Positions 27,053-40,940 of a DNA stretch of 64,000 nucleotides are shown here, piece after piece. The position numbers and the translations under genes were made by a program. This DNA comes from Lama glama (Eukaryota), in NCBI GenBank assembly GCA_028534125.1, contig CM052818.1:7938001-8002000 (forward strand). Reading direction: 5' to 3'. Below the pieces are notes generated by a model. The model was not told the DNA's origin and made no database searches. It was given only the letters and a program-made list of their open reading frames with translations. Positions within the stretch are counted from its first letter, which is position 1. Every line of letters begins with the position of its first letter.

Positions 27053-27789
27053 AGATATAAAGCCTCTGAAACTTCAAGAGAACACAAGAGTTATATTGAT
27101 TTGTTTAAAAAAAATCCACAAATTTTATTGCTTGGTAATTTCTCCAGTTTACTACTATAAACAAACTGAGCCTGAAACATTACAGGGTACAATATTTAAA
27201 TAAAATGTTTAAGACTAAAGAGCATTCTAGTTTGTGAATAACTTATTAGTATAGTGAGTGTATCAAATATAAGATGCCAAACAAGAGTTCCATACTGCTT
27301 GAATATGTAAATGTGATTAATACTTGGTTAATACTTGGGGATGTCTCCTCAGCACTTCTGAGCAATCACGTATTTAGGTACTTTCTCCATATTCAGGTGA
27401 AACTTTTAATATATAACATATATACATTTTCAAATAATCCTAAATATGAAATTTTGAAGTTGGAAGAGACTCAGATTACCAAGTATGACTGTCCTCCTTG
27501 TAGAGGTTAGGAAACCGAAGGGAAGAGTTTAAATATAACATACAAATAATACAAAAATTATAACAGATGTAACAATCTCTGGCTGTAGGTTCAGAAAGCA
27601 TTTTAGGATCCTGCATGCCTTACAGTCACATGAACATTGATTATGTTATATAGATAGGATAGTAGTCACTGAAAGGGCTAGAAAGGTATGTTTTTAAAGA
27701 TTTAAATAAAATTAGCTTGCTTATTTTGTTATTTGCTTGATAAGGTAATACGTAGAAAAGAATTATGGTTAGTTGTATGTGTTTGGGCT

Positions 27790-30501
27790 TACCTCCCTTA
27801 CTGCACTTTGCAGATTTTGTGGGGTTTTTTGTTTTTGTTTTTTTTTCAAATTGATGGTTTGTGGCAACACTGAGTCGAGCATCTATGGGCACCATTTTTC
27901 CAACAGCATTTGGTCACTTCATGTCTCTGTGTCACAATCTGGTAATTTTCGCAATATTTCAAACTTTTTTTTATTGAAGTGTAGTCAGTTTACAGTGTTG
28001 TGTCAATTTCTGGGGTATGGTAGAATGCTTCAGTCATACATATACATACACATATTCCTTTTCATATTCTTTTTCATTATAGGTTACCACAAGATATTGA
28101 ATATAGTTCCCTCTGCTACACAGGAGAAGCTTGTTATATACTGGTTTTGTGAGGATTTTCCTTGTAGTAACAATTGTAAGAGATAATCTGAAAAGTTCAG
28201 TTGGTATTCTGTGAGAATTGTTCCATGTGCAGATGTAGTTTTTTGATATATTTGTGGGAGAGGGTGAGCTCCCTGTCCTCCTGCACCAGCTGAAGCGCCC
28301 TCAAGTTTTTTCACTATTATTGTATTTGTAATGGTGATCTGTGATCAGTGACTCTTGATGTTACTATTATAATTGTTTCTGGGTGCCACGAACCGTGCCC
28401 ACATATAACAGCAAACTTAATTGATAAATGATGTATGTATTCTGACTTCTGGTCCCTGGTCTTTCTCTCCTTTGGGTCTCTGTATTCCCTAAGACAAAAA
28501 ATTGAATTTAGACCAATTAGTAACTCTACAGTGGCCTCTAGGTAATCAGGTGAAAGGAAGAGTGGCATGTCTCTCACTTTAAATCAAATGCTAGAAATAA
28601 TGAAGTTTAGTGAGGAAGGAATGTCAAAAGCAAGATAGGCTGAAAGCTAAGCCAAACAGTTAGCCAAGCTGTGAATGCAAAGGAAAGGTTCTTTAAACAA
28701 ATTAAAAGTGCTACTCTAGTGAACACACGAATGATAAGAAAGCAAAATAGCTTTGTTTCTGACATGGAGAAAGTTTTAGTGTTCTGAACAGAGGATCAAA
28801 CTAGCCATAACATTCCCTTAAGCCAAAGCCTAATCCAGAGCAAGACCCCAACTCTCTTTAATTCTAGGGGGCCTGAGAGAGGTGAGGAAGCTGCATAAGA
28901 CACGTGTGAAGGTAGCAGAGGTTGTTCATGAGGTGCAAGGAAAGAAGTCATTTCCAGAACATAAAAGTGCATGGTGAAGCAGCAAGTGCTGGTGTAGAAG
29001 CTGCAGCAAGTTATCCAGAAGATCTAGCTCAGATCATTAATGTAGGTGGCTCTGCTAAACAACAGATTTTCAATGTAGACAAAACAGCCATCTATTGGAA
29101 GAAGATGCCATCTAGGGCTTACAAAGCTACAGAGGGGAAGTCAATGCCTGGCTTCAAAGTCTCAAAGAGCTGGCAGACTCTCTTGTTAGAGGCTAACGTA
29201 GCTGGTAATTTTCAGCTGAAGTCAGTGCCCACTTACCATTCTGAGAATCCTAGGGCCCTTAAGAATTCTGCTAAATGTACTTTGCCTGAGCTCTATCAAT
29301 GGCACAACCAAGTCTGAGTAACAGCACATCTGTTGACCACATGGTTTACTGAATATTTTAAGCCCACTATTGAGATCTACTGCTCAGAAACAAAGATTCC
29401 TTTCAAAATATTACTGCTCATTGACAATGCACCTGGTCACTCAAGAGCTTTGATGGAGAAGTACAACAATTTTAGTGTTGTTTTATACTGCTAACACAAT
29501 GTCCATTCTGTAGCTCATGGATCAAGAAGTCACTTTGACTTTCAAGTCTTATGATTTAGGAAATACATTTCATATGATTTAGGAAATACATTTCATAAGA
29601 CTATAGCTGCCACAGACAGTGATTCTCCTGATGGATCTGGGCAAAGTCAATTGAAAGCCTTCTGGAAAGGATTCACCATTTAATATGCCATTAAGAACAT
29701 TGGTGATTCATGGGTGGGGGTCAAAATATTAACATTAGCAGGAGTTTGGAAGAAGGTGATTCCAACCCTTTCTCAGTGGAGAAAGTAAAAACAGATATGG
29801 TGGAAATAGCAAGAGAACTAGAATTAGAAGTGGAGCCCGAAGATGTGACAGAGTTGCTGCAACTGCATGATAAAACTTTAATGCATGGGGAGTTGCTTCT
29901 TATGATGAGCAAAGAAAGTAGTTTCCTGAGATGGAATCTATTCCCAATGAAGATGTCATGAAGGCTGTTGAAAGGACAATAAAGTATTTAGAATATTACA
30001 TAAAATTAGTTGATAAAGCAGCGGCAGGGTTAGAAAGGATTCCAATTTTGAAAGAAGTTCTGTGGTGGGTAAGTGCTATCAAACAGCATTGCATGTGACA
30101 GAGAAACTGTTCATGAAAGGAAGAGTCAATTGATGCGGCAAACTTCAATATTGTGTCATTTTAAGAAACTGCACCAGCCATCCCAACCTTCAGCAACCAC
30201 CACTCTGATCAGTCCGCAGCCACCAACAACGAGGCAAGACCCTCTACCAGCAAAAAGATTATGACTTGCTGAAGGCTCCAATAAGGGTTACCTTTTTTTT
30301 TTTTAGCAAAAGCATTTTCAAATTAAGGTATGTATTTTTTAGACATAATGCTATTGCATACTTAATGGCTACAGTATAGTGTAAACATAATTTTTATATG
30401 CTCTTAGAAACCAAAAAATTCATGTGACTCGCATTATTGCTATATTTGCTTTACTGTGGTAGTCTGCAACAGAACTCACAATAACTCTAACATTATGTCT
30501 G
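27790..30501 (+). mobile_element. Near full-length Tigger1 DNA transposon with a decayed transposase, in MDH1 intron 5
   Basis: ORF fragments 28922-29317 ([19 protein letters not shown]), 29710-29961 and 30073-30264; [14 protein letters not shown] segment near 29410; 3' end tatgtctg|ta. Confidence 0.93.
27970..28300 (-). mobile_element. Short L1-derived insertion inside Tigger1
   Basis: T-run followed by an L1 3' end (ttattgaagtgtagtcagtttacagtgttgtgtcaatttctgg); Tigger1 resumes at 28301. Confidence 0.75.
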
Positions 30502-30830
30502 TAATTTGTTCCTAATTAGACAGTAGAATTTATAATGATCTCGGAGAAAAGGTTCTGGAAAAAATGTTTTTAATGTGTTAGGGAGACCTTGTGGGTGATT
30601 TTTTCTTTCCTTTTATATTACAATAAGAATGGGAGAAAAAGTTGTGCCAGAATCCACAGCTTTTGCACACATAAATAAAAGCAGTGCTGCATCAAAGCCC
30701 TGTTTGAGCATTCACCATATAACAAAGGAAATACACTCTGATATTTTAAAGAAATTTTAAAAACAAGGATACTAATAACCCAAACTGGAAATAACACAAA
30801 AGTCCTTCAAGAACGGTTAAACCATATGGC

Positions 30831-31324
30831 TGTTAGCATAACTGATGCCATCTTGGGCCCTTACAGATTCTCTTATCCTTTCTCTCACCCTGTCCAGGAC
30901 TATACTGTGTAGTCAGTCATTTCTCTGTCATCAAAGGCTTTGTAGTTAATAGATACTGTTTAATGACCATTAGGACTGTGTAGCCTCTGTGTTCTGTCAG
31001 TCCCCAATGATGAAAACCTCTGACGTCCCAGCGCCTATGAGACTAGTTACCCATTCATAAATCTTAACTTAGAAATGCAAGTCCTGTTTCAAAGCACCTA
31101 CCCCAATACCCTAGGTTAACTATAAAACTGTCTCCACGGCCCCCCTGCGGTGCAGAGTGCAGCTGTAAATGCTTCTCGATCAGTGTCCTCCAGATCCCAC
31201 CCTATGAGTAGTTACTCTAAAAATAAACTGATCCATTGATTATACGGAGCTGCCTGTCTCATTTTTCGGTCTCAAGATGCCTTCTCAGTTCGGTGGGCAC
31301 TTTTCATTCCCTCTGTCCAATACA
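30831..31324 (+). mobile_element. ERV solo LTR nested in an old L1 (L1 about 30770-31860)
   Basis: TG...CA ends, TATAAAA near 31121, AATAAA near 31222; L1 3' sequence on both sides. Confidence 0.6.
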
Positions 31325-34300
31325 AACTCTGGTACATTCATACAGTTAATTAAGTGAAGTAACAATAAAAAGGAATGAACTACTGATATATGCAGCAACA
31401 TAGATGGACATTAAAGGCATTACACTGAGTGGAAAAAAAAACAGTATCAAAAGGTTACTTACTGCATGATCCCATTTTTACAACATTGTCAAAATGACAA
31501 AAGTACAGAGCTGGAGAACAGATAAATGGTTGTCAGGGTTTAGGAAAGGAGAGGGGCTGTGTAACTATAACAAGGCATCATGAAGGATTTCTTCTGTGGG
31601 TGATAGAATAGTTCTGTATCTTGACTATGGTGGTTATAGTATACTATATATATAGTAATCTAGATGTGTAAAAACTGCACAAATCTGAGTAAATCTACTT
31701 AACAGTGTTGTGTGTAGTTTAATCAATTTCCTAGTTTTGACAATGCTCTGTAATTACGGAAGATGTCACCACTAGGGGACGTGGGTGATGGGTACATGAG
31801 ATTCTCTGTACTTTTTAATGCAACTTCTGAGTCTATAATTATTCCAAAATAAAAAGTTAGAAGTAAACAAAACAACAACCAACCAACCAAAAAGATGAAA
31901 AAGGCCATCACCTAAAATGTCTGCAATGCCTTGAGTCATCTTCATGCTAATTTATTCAGTCAAGTAAGAAGCAAACTGATCCTTATAGTAAGTCGAGACT
32001 CATTTCTTATATCTTAAAATAGATATAAAAAATAACTTAATATTATTTACTTTTGACATTTAAAGTCTCTTCTGATCTAAACCTTGCTTCATCTAGAATT
32101 CTGCAAGTATTAGGACTATTAACTACCATATCAGCCTTCACAAATTAGATGGATGGTTGGTTTCTGGGTACCCAGCTACTGATCATCAGCTTGGTGGTGG
32201 GGTAAAGTGGTGTGTTGTGCAGTGAGCACCATTTTCTGTGTGTGCCATGGCCTGAAAGGACTTGGGAAGAATGGCCCTTACTTATATTTAACTCACATTG
32301 CTGAGAAAAAGGAAAACTTATACTGGGGCAAGTGACCTACGATGTGTATTAATCAAGAACTCAGAACCCATAACTCTGCTGAATGTCAGCTTGGACTGCT
32401 CCAAAGTACAGTGAAGACAAACTGCCTGCAGCCTCTCTTCCCTACAGGAGACTCCCTTTACTTCCTTCATCCTGTGGCCCACCACCTCCTCTTGTTCTTT
32501 TGATCCCTTGAGTGAACCTACTTCTGCCTGGATGGCAAAAACTAGTACTCTGCACCCAGCAGATGTAGTTTCTAAATATCAGTCATGTCAGAGCTAAACT
32601 ACCACGTATCCAGGACAGAAGTTCCTTGCTCTTTCAGACACTTTCATATCTGTCATACAGATCTGTTAAACAGCTTCTGATTCATTCTCCTAGTAGTTTT
32701 CTTCTCCCTGATACCACGTAATTGGTTTCATTGCCAAATTACCTTGTCAGCAGCTCAGGTTGGCAAATACATAGGGGAATTCTGCAGGTGATAAACAGTC
32801 ACTAGGTAGCTAGGGACTCTGACTCCAAAACAAATTATGTAAGACTCGTACCCATTCATGTAAGAAAAATTAGTCTTTGGGTTTGTTATTTTTCTCACTG
32901 GATTAATAGCCTCCACAGGAACTGCTTCTTAAAAAAACTCCCAAAAGCTCTCACTGGGCCAGAGCGGCATGCTAGAACAGGTGACCGAAGTCAAAGTCTT
33001 GACGATGTGGCTCCTTTCCCCTTTCTCCTCACTCAGTACTTTCACCCTGCAAGGAAAGCTGTGTCAGGCACTAGGACACAATGTCACTTAGCTGTACTTC
33101 AGGAAGCAGAATCTTCCAATGCCCACCTGCACCAAGGCCTCAGGTGAACCAGTAAAGATGAAGTTCACTGGTGGTGTCGTCACTGTATCTCCTTCTCCCT
33201 GCTGCAGCTCAGTGGGTCACCATCTGGCAACCCAGAGTCTTCAAATGCAACACCTACGGTACCATCTTTTCCTTTAAAACTGCTCTGCTGTACCCAGATC
33301 TCCTGCCTCCAGTCATTCAAACAAACACACATTCCTTTCCAGCCACCAGACGCTGGCTAAGAAAAAAGGAAAAAGACCCAGCCTACAGCCCAAAGCCTCT
33401 TCGGAAATAACCGCAATTTAAGCTTATTATCCAATGACCTTCTAAATTAATTGGAATATTCAGATTTCTGAGGTGTGACTCTTCTCAAATCTTGGTTATA
33501 TTCCTCTTAGTAATAATAATTAATAAAAAATAATTATAGCAGCCAACTTTTACTGTGTGACAGGCACCAGGATAAAGGCTTAATAGAGATCTTATCTCAT
33601 TTAATTCACATAACTACCTTCTGAGGTAGGTACAATTATTATCCCATTTTATAGCTTGAATATATTTTCTCAGGGTCACAGAGCTAGTGAATGGATGTAG
33701 GTCACTTGATCCCATTATATAAGAACACACAGAAAGGTCTGGGGTCAGGCAAGTCTAGGTGGCTCCATCATTTACTAGCTGTGTGACTTTGACCAGGTTC
33801 CCTGACCTTTCTGGGCTTCAGGTTTCTTACCTGTAAAACAGGGATAACAGATATCTCATATGGTTACTATGAGTCACAAATGACAAATTACATATAAAGC
33901 ATTCAGGTTAGTGTAGAAACTTAACAAATATAAATTATTTTCTCCTTCATTAGGTCCTCCACAGCTGAAAGATGATCAATTCTTAGCTTAAAGCAGTGGT
34001 TTTGTTAGTGAGACAATATTAAGGAAGGGATGGGGTTAAACCAGAGCATGTCATATCTTGCAGAAGTAGAATATCAGGCAATAAGAGAAACTGTAACATG
34101 CACTGGACGAGCGTAAGAACCAGAGTATGAATTTCAGAACCCTTCTTTGTTCTAAGGAGATTGGCAGAAAGGTGAACTATGGCTTCCTAGGTCTTCATGT
34201 GGAAACAAAGACTAAGTCTCAGTAATTAACGATTTTAAAAAGAACAAAGAATGCAGGAACAAACAACTGTATCAGGCAAAAGAACTATAGCAAAGGTAAC

Positions 34301-34326
34301 AACTTAGGTATAAAGACTCCCCATTC

Positions 34327-34842
34327 TGTTGTGTTTCAAAGGTAAAGATCAACCTAAAGCACATTTTTGAGCTGTTTTCCAGGACCCAAAACCCCTCGAG
34401 CGATCAGCCACAGGAATACCTGAAGCCTAAGGAATGATGATGTTGACCTTTGCTAACTGTCGTAACTTCACACAAGTAGGTGCCTGGATTTTGTCAATCT
34501 GCAGTGACCTTTGCCTCGTTTTAATGCTAAAATCTCCACCTCAAGGGCTCGGATTTCTGCCAGTTTTGAACATGCAACACATGTTTGAACACGTGGTTGC
34601 ACTGCGCAAGCGCACCTAGAACTCCACCTTTACCTGGAAGGTTACACTCGTCCTTTCATGAATATGCAGGACCCTTACCTTCTAACTCCCCTGATCTTGC
34701 TGTTCAGGGAGACAGTGCTTTGAGAGCTATCTCCCTGTCCCCTTACTTGTCACAAATAATAAATGCTTCTGCTTTGATGGAAAGTGCTTGGTGTGTTCAC
34801 TGGCTATGCACCCCAAGTGATGGACCCATTGAATCCAGTAAC
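34327..34842 (+). mobile_element. ERV solo LTR
   Basis: tgttg ... taaca termini; AATAAA near 34758. Confidence 0.55.
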
Positions 34843-35719
34843 AGTTTTTTAACTTAGATCTTAAACAATCTTTTGGTAAAACTAGTTTTCTTGAAACTAA
34901 ACAAAGCTGTCTTCTCTAGAAAAAAAGAACTAAATGCATAGACCTACCTAAGCAGATAAGCTGGGGATGAGGAAGGATGGCAAGAAAAGTGCTAGGAAAA
35001 GAAAAGGGTTATGTCTAAGAATTAGAACTTTGTCTTGACTTCTAAGGGCACTTGGATTGTGTAGGTCTGAGAAAGCCTAGGAAACTAGCACAGATGAATG
35101 GCATGGCCTCTAATTTTTAAAAATTGTTTAAAATTTTAATTTGTTAATACCCTGGTCTCTCACCCCTTGGTATATTTATCTAAGGCTCTGAGGGGCAAGG
35201 AAATAGGGCGACAATTAAAATTTAGCTGCTAAGTAGTAAAGAGTAGGAACTTCTGTGGAAACATGCAGAATATTAGAAATATATAAAAATAAAAATTAAA
35301 TATAAATGTAAAATTAAAAATCAAACTTGATTGCTCAACTGTAGGGAAAAAGGAAGCAGAACCACAAGAACACACAAAGCTCATGTCTTCCTTTTTATAA
35401 TCTCATACATATCCAACATTTTGTATATACTATCATGTGAACTATGTATACTAATGACAAATTTTAAAGCTCTATATGAAGAAGACATTAGCAATTACAT
35501 GTTATTACAGTTAGGAAATGAAATATAGTTGAGAAAATTAAGTACTAAAAGTTCAGCTGCCTTGAGAGATTAGATTTAAAGATGCCCTAACAAATTAGAA
35601 TAGCTTCATACTAAACCAAAACAACAAGGTAAAAGCACAAAGATTCAGCTGCTTTAAAAGTGAGAGAAAAAGGTTTTAAAGTTGAACATTCATAAGATTT
35701 GAAAAGGCATCCTTCTTAC

Positions 35720-35842
35720 CTGCGCTTTAGCTCGGTTGTGATCCAAACGAGTCAAGCAACTGAAGTTCTCCTTGGGGATGGACGGAGCTGACTTGGCGGC
35801 AGTCAGGCAGTTGGTATTGGCTGGGTTTCCCACCACAATAAC
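35720..35842 (-). CDS. MDH1: MDH1 exon 5 ([41 protein letters not shown])
   Basis: tag|GTT ... CAG|gtaag; 123 nt; LTRLDHNRA active-site motif. Translated by hand because it is absent from the ORF track. Confidence 0.98.
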
Positions 35843-37631
35843 CTAAGATGTACGGAAGGCACCTCAGAGCTACAGACCATATACCGATTAACTAAACCAA
35901 CTTAGCACATAACTGACAAATGTGTAATATGTAGCTTTTGTATCCAGCTTATGTGAGGTAAACATGCATAGTTATCATTATAGTTTCTAGGAGATTTCTA
36001 CCCTTCCTTCTAATGACTTTCCCCCCTTGGTAGTATTTGGTGTAACTACTGGGGACATTTACTAAAACTGACATGATGTACACAAGTCATTTTTTTTGTG
36101 CCAAAACAGAGACAGCATTTATCTACTTGCTACCAAAAACTGATAACCTCAGGCTCTATTTCAGAGTTTGATTTAATCATAAATTTTCCTTCTTTGAAAA
36201 GTAGTCCAAGAAAGAAATTCTACCTTAGAAGTTTACTTTAGGGCAGTGATTTGCCCTTATGAATTAAAAGTGTTTCTCAATCTTGCCTAATCCTAAGAAT
36301 TAACTAGAATAGCTGCCAAACTGCCAGGTGCCACCACTTCACACCTATTGCACCAAGAGGAGAAAGCGCTTCAGGCTCTCTGTCTCTCTTTAGTCAGGGA
36401 GGTATAGGGTGCAGTGAATTACCAGCGTATAGAGAAATACATGATATTTTAAAAATCTTTAATAAAATGATTTTTAAAACTTACTGTGAAATTATATCAA
36501 ACTTACAGAAAAGCTATAAGCATATTACAAAGACTAACTCCTACATTCCCTGTATCTAGATTCTCCAATTTGCCTCATCTCTCTCCCTTTCTCCATACAC
36601 ACACACACACACACAGCCCTTAGTCTTTTTTTGGCTTATCTGAGAGCAAGCTGCAGATATGATACTCCAATGTCCCTAAATACTCCAGTATCAGTGTATA
36701 TTACCCCAAAAAAAGACACTTTGGACTGAGAGGCAGTTACTGTGCAAGTAGCACTACAACTCCATGCAACCTTGTAATGTTTTAGTAAGAGGTCTGGAGA
36801 TTTCTCCTCAATTCATTCTATTATTTTCTGTTAATGATTACAGAGAACAAAAGTTAACTATTTGAAATAAAGTCCACAGAAAGCAAAACTTCAGGTGTCT
36901 ATGAATTATTATAACAGATAGAACATTATAACTGGCAACTTAAAAACATCTTATAAAATTTTCTTTTACCTTTCTTCAAAGTCAGGATTGGGAAGGAGAA
37001 GTATATCAAAATCAGTAAAACCTCTAACTAGCAAGCCTTTTTGCTGTGACAGTTAAGTTCTAGGTAGCTGATACTTAATTGGTAAAAGGAGGCTTTACTG
37101 TAATATTAAGACAAATTTAGAAACCAAAATAAATAGCTTGAACACAAAGAGACAGAACAGGAAGTCATGCTAACTCAGCTCTTCAAGAGATGAGCATTCA
37201 AAATTCTTCTGAACTGAGAAAATCTGGGCATTCAGAAGCCACCACCTCCTATCACTGAGAAGAAACACAGCGTACAGCCATCTCCCTTCACAATCACTCA
37301 CACAAATCCAAATGTCTGAACAAATAGTCCCACACTGCTAAAGGCACCAGAAAGTTCTGTGCTTGTCTATAGGTTTACCAGCTAATATTAAATTTCCATG
37401 TCATAGTAATAGGCAAAATATTTTTGAGTTCATCTGAATACAGATTTCTAAACTATATGAAAAAAACCCAGAAAGGGAGGGCTAGTCAAGCAAAACTCTG
37501 TATCTTTATTTACTGACAACTGCACAGAACTGGAAAAGAAAAGGCAAATAATTTTGTTTTCACTTAATTGTTGAAAGCAGAAGTTTCAAATGCTTATGAT
37601 GAAAAACCCTATAAAGTACTATACCAGTCAC

Positions 37632-37807
37632 CTTAACTGACTTCTTGGCATACTTATCCAAGGCTGCACCCTGGCATCTGAAGATTTTCACATTTGCTTT
37701 GAGTAAATCTTTCCTCTCCATGCCATCCCTTCTTGGCATGGAGCCCACAAGAATGGCCACATCCAGGTCTTTGAAGGCAATCTCTTCTTTGTCTGTTGCA
37801 ATGACAT
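37632..37807 (-). CDS. MDH1: MDH1 exon 4 ([59 protein letters not shown])
   Basis: cag|AT GTC ... AAG|gtgact; 176 nt; substrate loop with R92 and R98. Confidence 0.98.
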
Positions 37808-38450
37808 CTGTGAACATGGCAATAAACATGTAGAGCTACTTAAACACCAAAGTCAGAGGTTTTCTTTTCCATACTGAATCTGCCCAGTAACTCTTTCACT
37901 TTGTAGCAAATGTTTACTTTTACAAATCACACTGATCAAAGTTTTAATTGCCCAAGAAAAGAAAGACAATATATTAATTCAACAACCACAACATCAACAG
38001 AGTTGTCAATATATTTATTTTGCTTTTGTTATTTTAATAATTCTTCTCCATTTCAAAATTCTATAGCTTTTATCTTTTATAACAATGCAAAGTACTAACA
38101 TGATAACTTTCAAGGCAACATTAATTATTCACACAAGTTACCACAGATAACACAAAAAAGAAACTAATTCACCTAACCTTTAAGTTATAATTACTTTAAG
38201 TTCTAGGTATCAATAACAAACTAAAATAATGTTTATTAAGGAGTTTTGTGCCAGGAAGAAGACTGAGATTTGTCAAATTTAATTTTAATATTTTACAGAT
38301 GAAGATCATGAGGCTTAAAGAGATTAACTACCTGCCTATCAAAAAGGAGTGGAGCTGTAATTCCAGTCCAGGTTGGTCCAGAGTTCACCCACTATGCTGC
38401 AGTGTCAGTCCAATAAACATACACAACTTGTTTCTTGATTAAAGAACATA

Positions 38451-38803
38451 TAGTTGACCCTTGAACAACACAGGTTTGAACTGTGCAGGTCCACTTATAC
38501 TTGGATTTTTTCCTTTTTGGTGGGGACAGGTAAGTAGGTTTGTTTGTTTATTCTTAAAGGAGGTACTGGGGATTGAACCCAGGACCTCATGCATGGTAAG
38601 CATGTGCTCTTGAGCTGTAACCTCCACCCATGAGTGGATTTTTTTTTTAATAGTAAATATTATATTACTATACAATCTGAGGTTGGTTGAATTGTGGATA
38701 CAGAGGAATCTTGTACCTGGAGAACCAACTATAAAGTATACTTTGATTTTCTACCCCAGGAAGGTTGGTGCCCATAAGCCCTGAGTTGTTGAAGTGTCAG
38801 TTG
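38451..38803. mobile_element. Tigger2-family MITE carrying a minus-strand Vic-1-like SINE (about 38506-38630)
   Basis: agttgacccttgaacaacacaggtttgaactg ... gttgttgaagtgtcagttg|ta; internal ggaggtactggggattgaacccaggacctcatgcatg. Confidence 0.8.
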
Positions 38804-40130
38804 TATATCACTGCTCTCTTTTGGTGACAGTATTAAAAAGGCCATGACCAGTGCTACAGACTGAATGTTTGTGTCCCCACAAAATTCACATGTTGAAAAC
38901 TAACTCCTAACATGATGGTATTAGGAGGTGGGGTCTTTGGGAAGTGATTTGAGTCATGAGCAGGGAGCCAAATGGACTAAGACAACCAGGATTCAGTGTT
39001 GTCATCGGTAAATTTTTAGATCAGTGAACTTGTATCAGCCAGGCTGCTGCAACTCTCCAAGTTAGCGTATGTAAGAGCACCAATTAGAGAAAAAAATTAT
39101 CCATCTTCTTCTCAGCCATACATCCTTATCTGCCCAACCATCTCTTCCCGTCATAGTCACAGCTGACAAGGACAAGCTGACTCTAACTTGCACCCATTAG
39201 TGAGAGCAGAAGGAACTCAGCAGAAAAAGGAATAAAAATGGAAAAAAGCAACAGAGGAAAACACTGGGTGAGGAAAGGGAGCCAGTAGAACCGCCTGGCC
39301 AGCGTAATGTATTCCCTTGCACAGTTATGCAACCAAATGATTCAGATGGCAGACTGCTCCTTCTAGTAGATGTTTACTGAACAGATATATGAATTCTGAG
39401 CATGGTTTCTCTTGGGCATGTACATATTTTTGCTTTGTGCAAACTTGGAAGTATTATTATTAATCCGTACCCCCCAAAAAAGATCATGATGAAGGTATAG
39501 CTAAAGAAAAATATTCAAATTAGTTTACAACTTCATTAAATGAACCTTTCAATCAAATTTGAGACTTCTGTCTTAAATAGTATTAATAGTTCAGAGATTC
39601 TCAAAGGCTCTTAGCAGAACTCTGGTAAGGTTTCTCGAACTATGTAGTATACGATTAGAACAATTTACATTAAATCTCAACCTGATGATATGGGGTGGAA
39701 CTATACATTGGGAACCAAGCAATTTCCAGCCCCCAGGCAGCATATGGCTCTGGAAGACGTCATTTAGAGCTGAAAAAGTTCTCCATTACAGAATGGTACT
39801 ATTACTATTTAAATAGACTTTAAATAATAACACCGTGTAGACAACTTCAGGTGGATAACCCTTGTGCAATATTATATTTAATTAGTAAAATAAACTACAC
39901 CTGGACATATTGGGAAAAAATAGTCTTTTACTTTATACTGGTTGCTTCTCACTTTTACCCTTATTTATTCTCGGTATACATGTTACCAAACAGTTGTTCA
40001 AAAAACAAAAACAAGATGCTTTTATGAAATGATTTCTAATCGAGAGGCTAGTTAACAAAAATCTAAAAATCTATTTTTTGGAAGACATGAAATATTGTAA
40101 AATCCCCTTCTCCTCCACTCCCCAGCTCAC

Positions 40131-40227
40131 CTTTTAGCAGGGGAAGGGCACAGTCCTGCAGCTCCATCAGGACACCATCCAGGACACCCATCATGGGAGT
40201 GATATCCAACAGCACAAGAATTATAGG
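40131..40227 (-). CDS. MDH1: MDH1 exon 3 ([32 protein letters not shown])
   Basis: cag|CCT ... AAA G|gtgag; 97 nt; ends in phase 1. Confidence 0.98.
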
Positions 40228-40940
40228 CTGCGAAGTAAATAGCAAGGACAACATCTGTCAGTGTGGGTGATGTCATTTAGTCACAGAAAAAGTCCTTTCA
40301 CAAAATTTTTGCTAATTGGTGTGTATATATGTATAATTCCTGCTAATTGGTCATAATTATTTTAGGAAGTCAGGTATGCAATAGTAAGCTGCTTTCAGAA
40401 AAAGGAATGCTATAAAACCAGCAATGGCAGCTAACAAACACAGTAAGAGGAATCACCAGATCTGGATTTTAAAGGAGTACGTGGAAGAAATATCAAGATA
40501 AACTGACATGCCACAGCTTGCTTTTATTGTTGATAGCTGTATATTTAATTTCAGTTTATAGAAAGCGAAGTACAGTATCTGGCATGAGGAAAGAACTTGA
40601 TATCCATGGGTGAAGAGAATGGATAAATGAGTACTTTAAAAGTGCTGATTCAGCAACTTTCTCTCCCACATGACTCTCCTTAACAGTTACTGTCAGGATA
40701 CCTACTGGATGCACCAAGTCAACTAAACAGTATGTGGAACGGTTCTAATCTGCGAAGTGTTTTCATTGCCTGGAGGGGTGCATATAGATAAGTTACCAGA
40801 TTCTACTTACTCGTCGTGTGCTTAGGGCGTTTGTTGGGATTACCCATTCCTTCACCATTTAAAAATTTCTTTGCAACTAAATACAGGGTTTTATTGAAAA
40901 CATTCTTACTTAGACAAGATTTAAAGACTCTTGCCCCTAC

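Noticed and set aside
28922..30264. Possible domesticated transposase gene (TIGD1-like)
   Set aside because: The frame is broken by stops, frameshifts and a 23-bp duplication; it is a decayed Tigger1.
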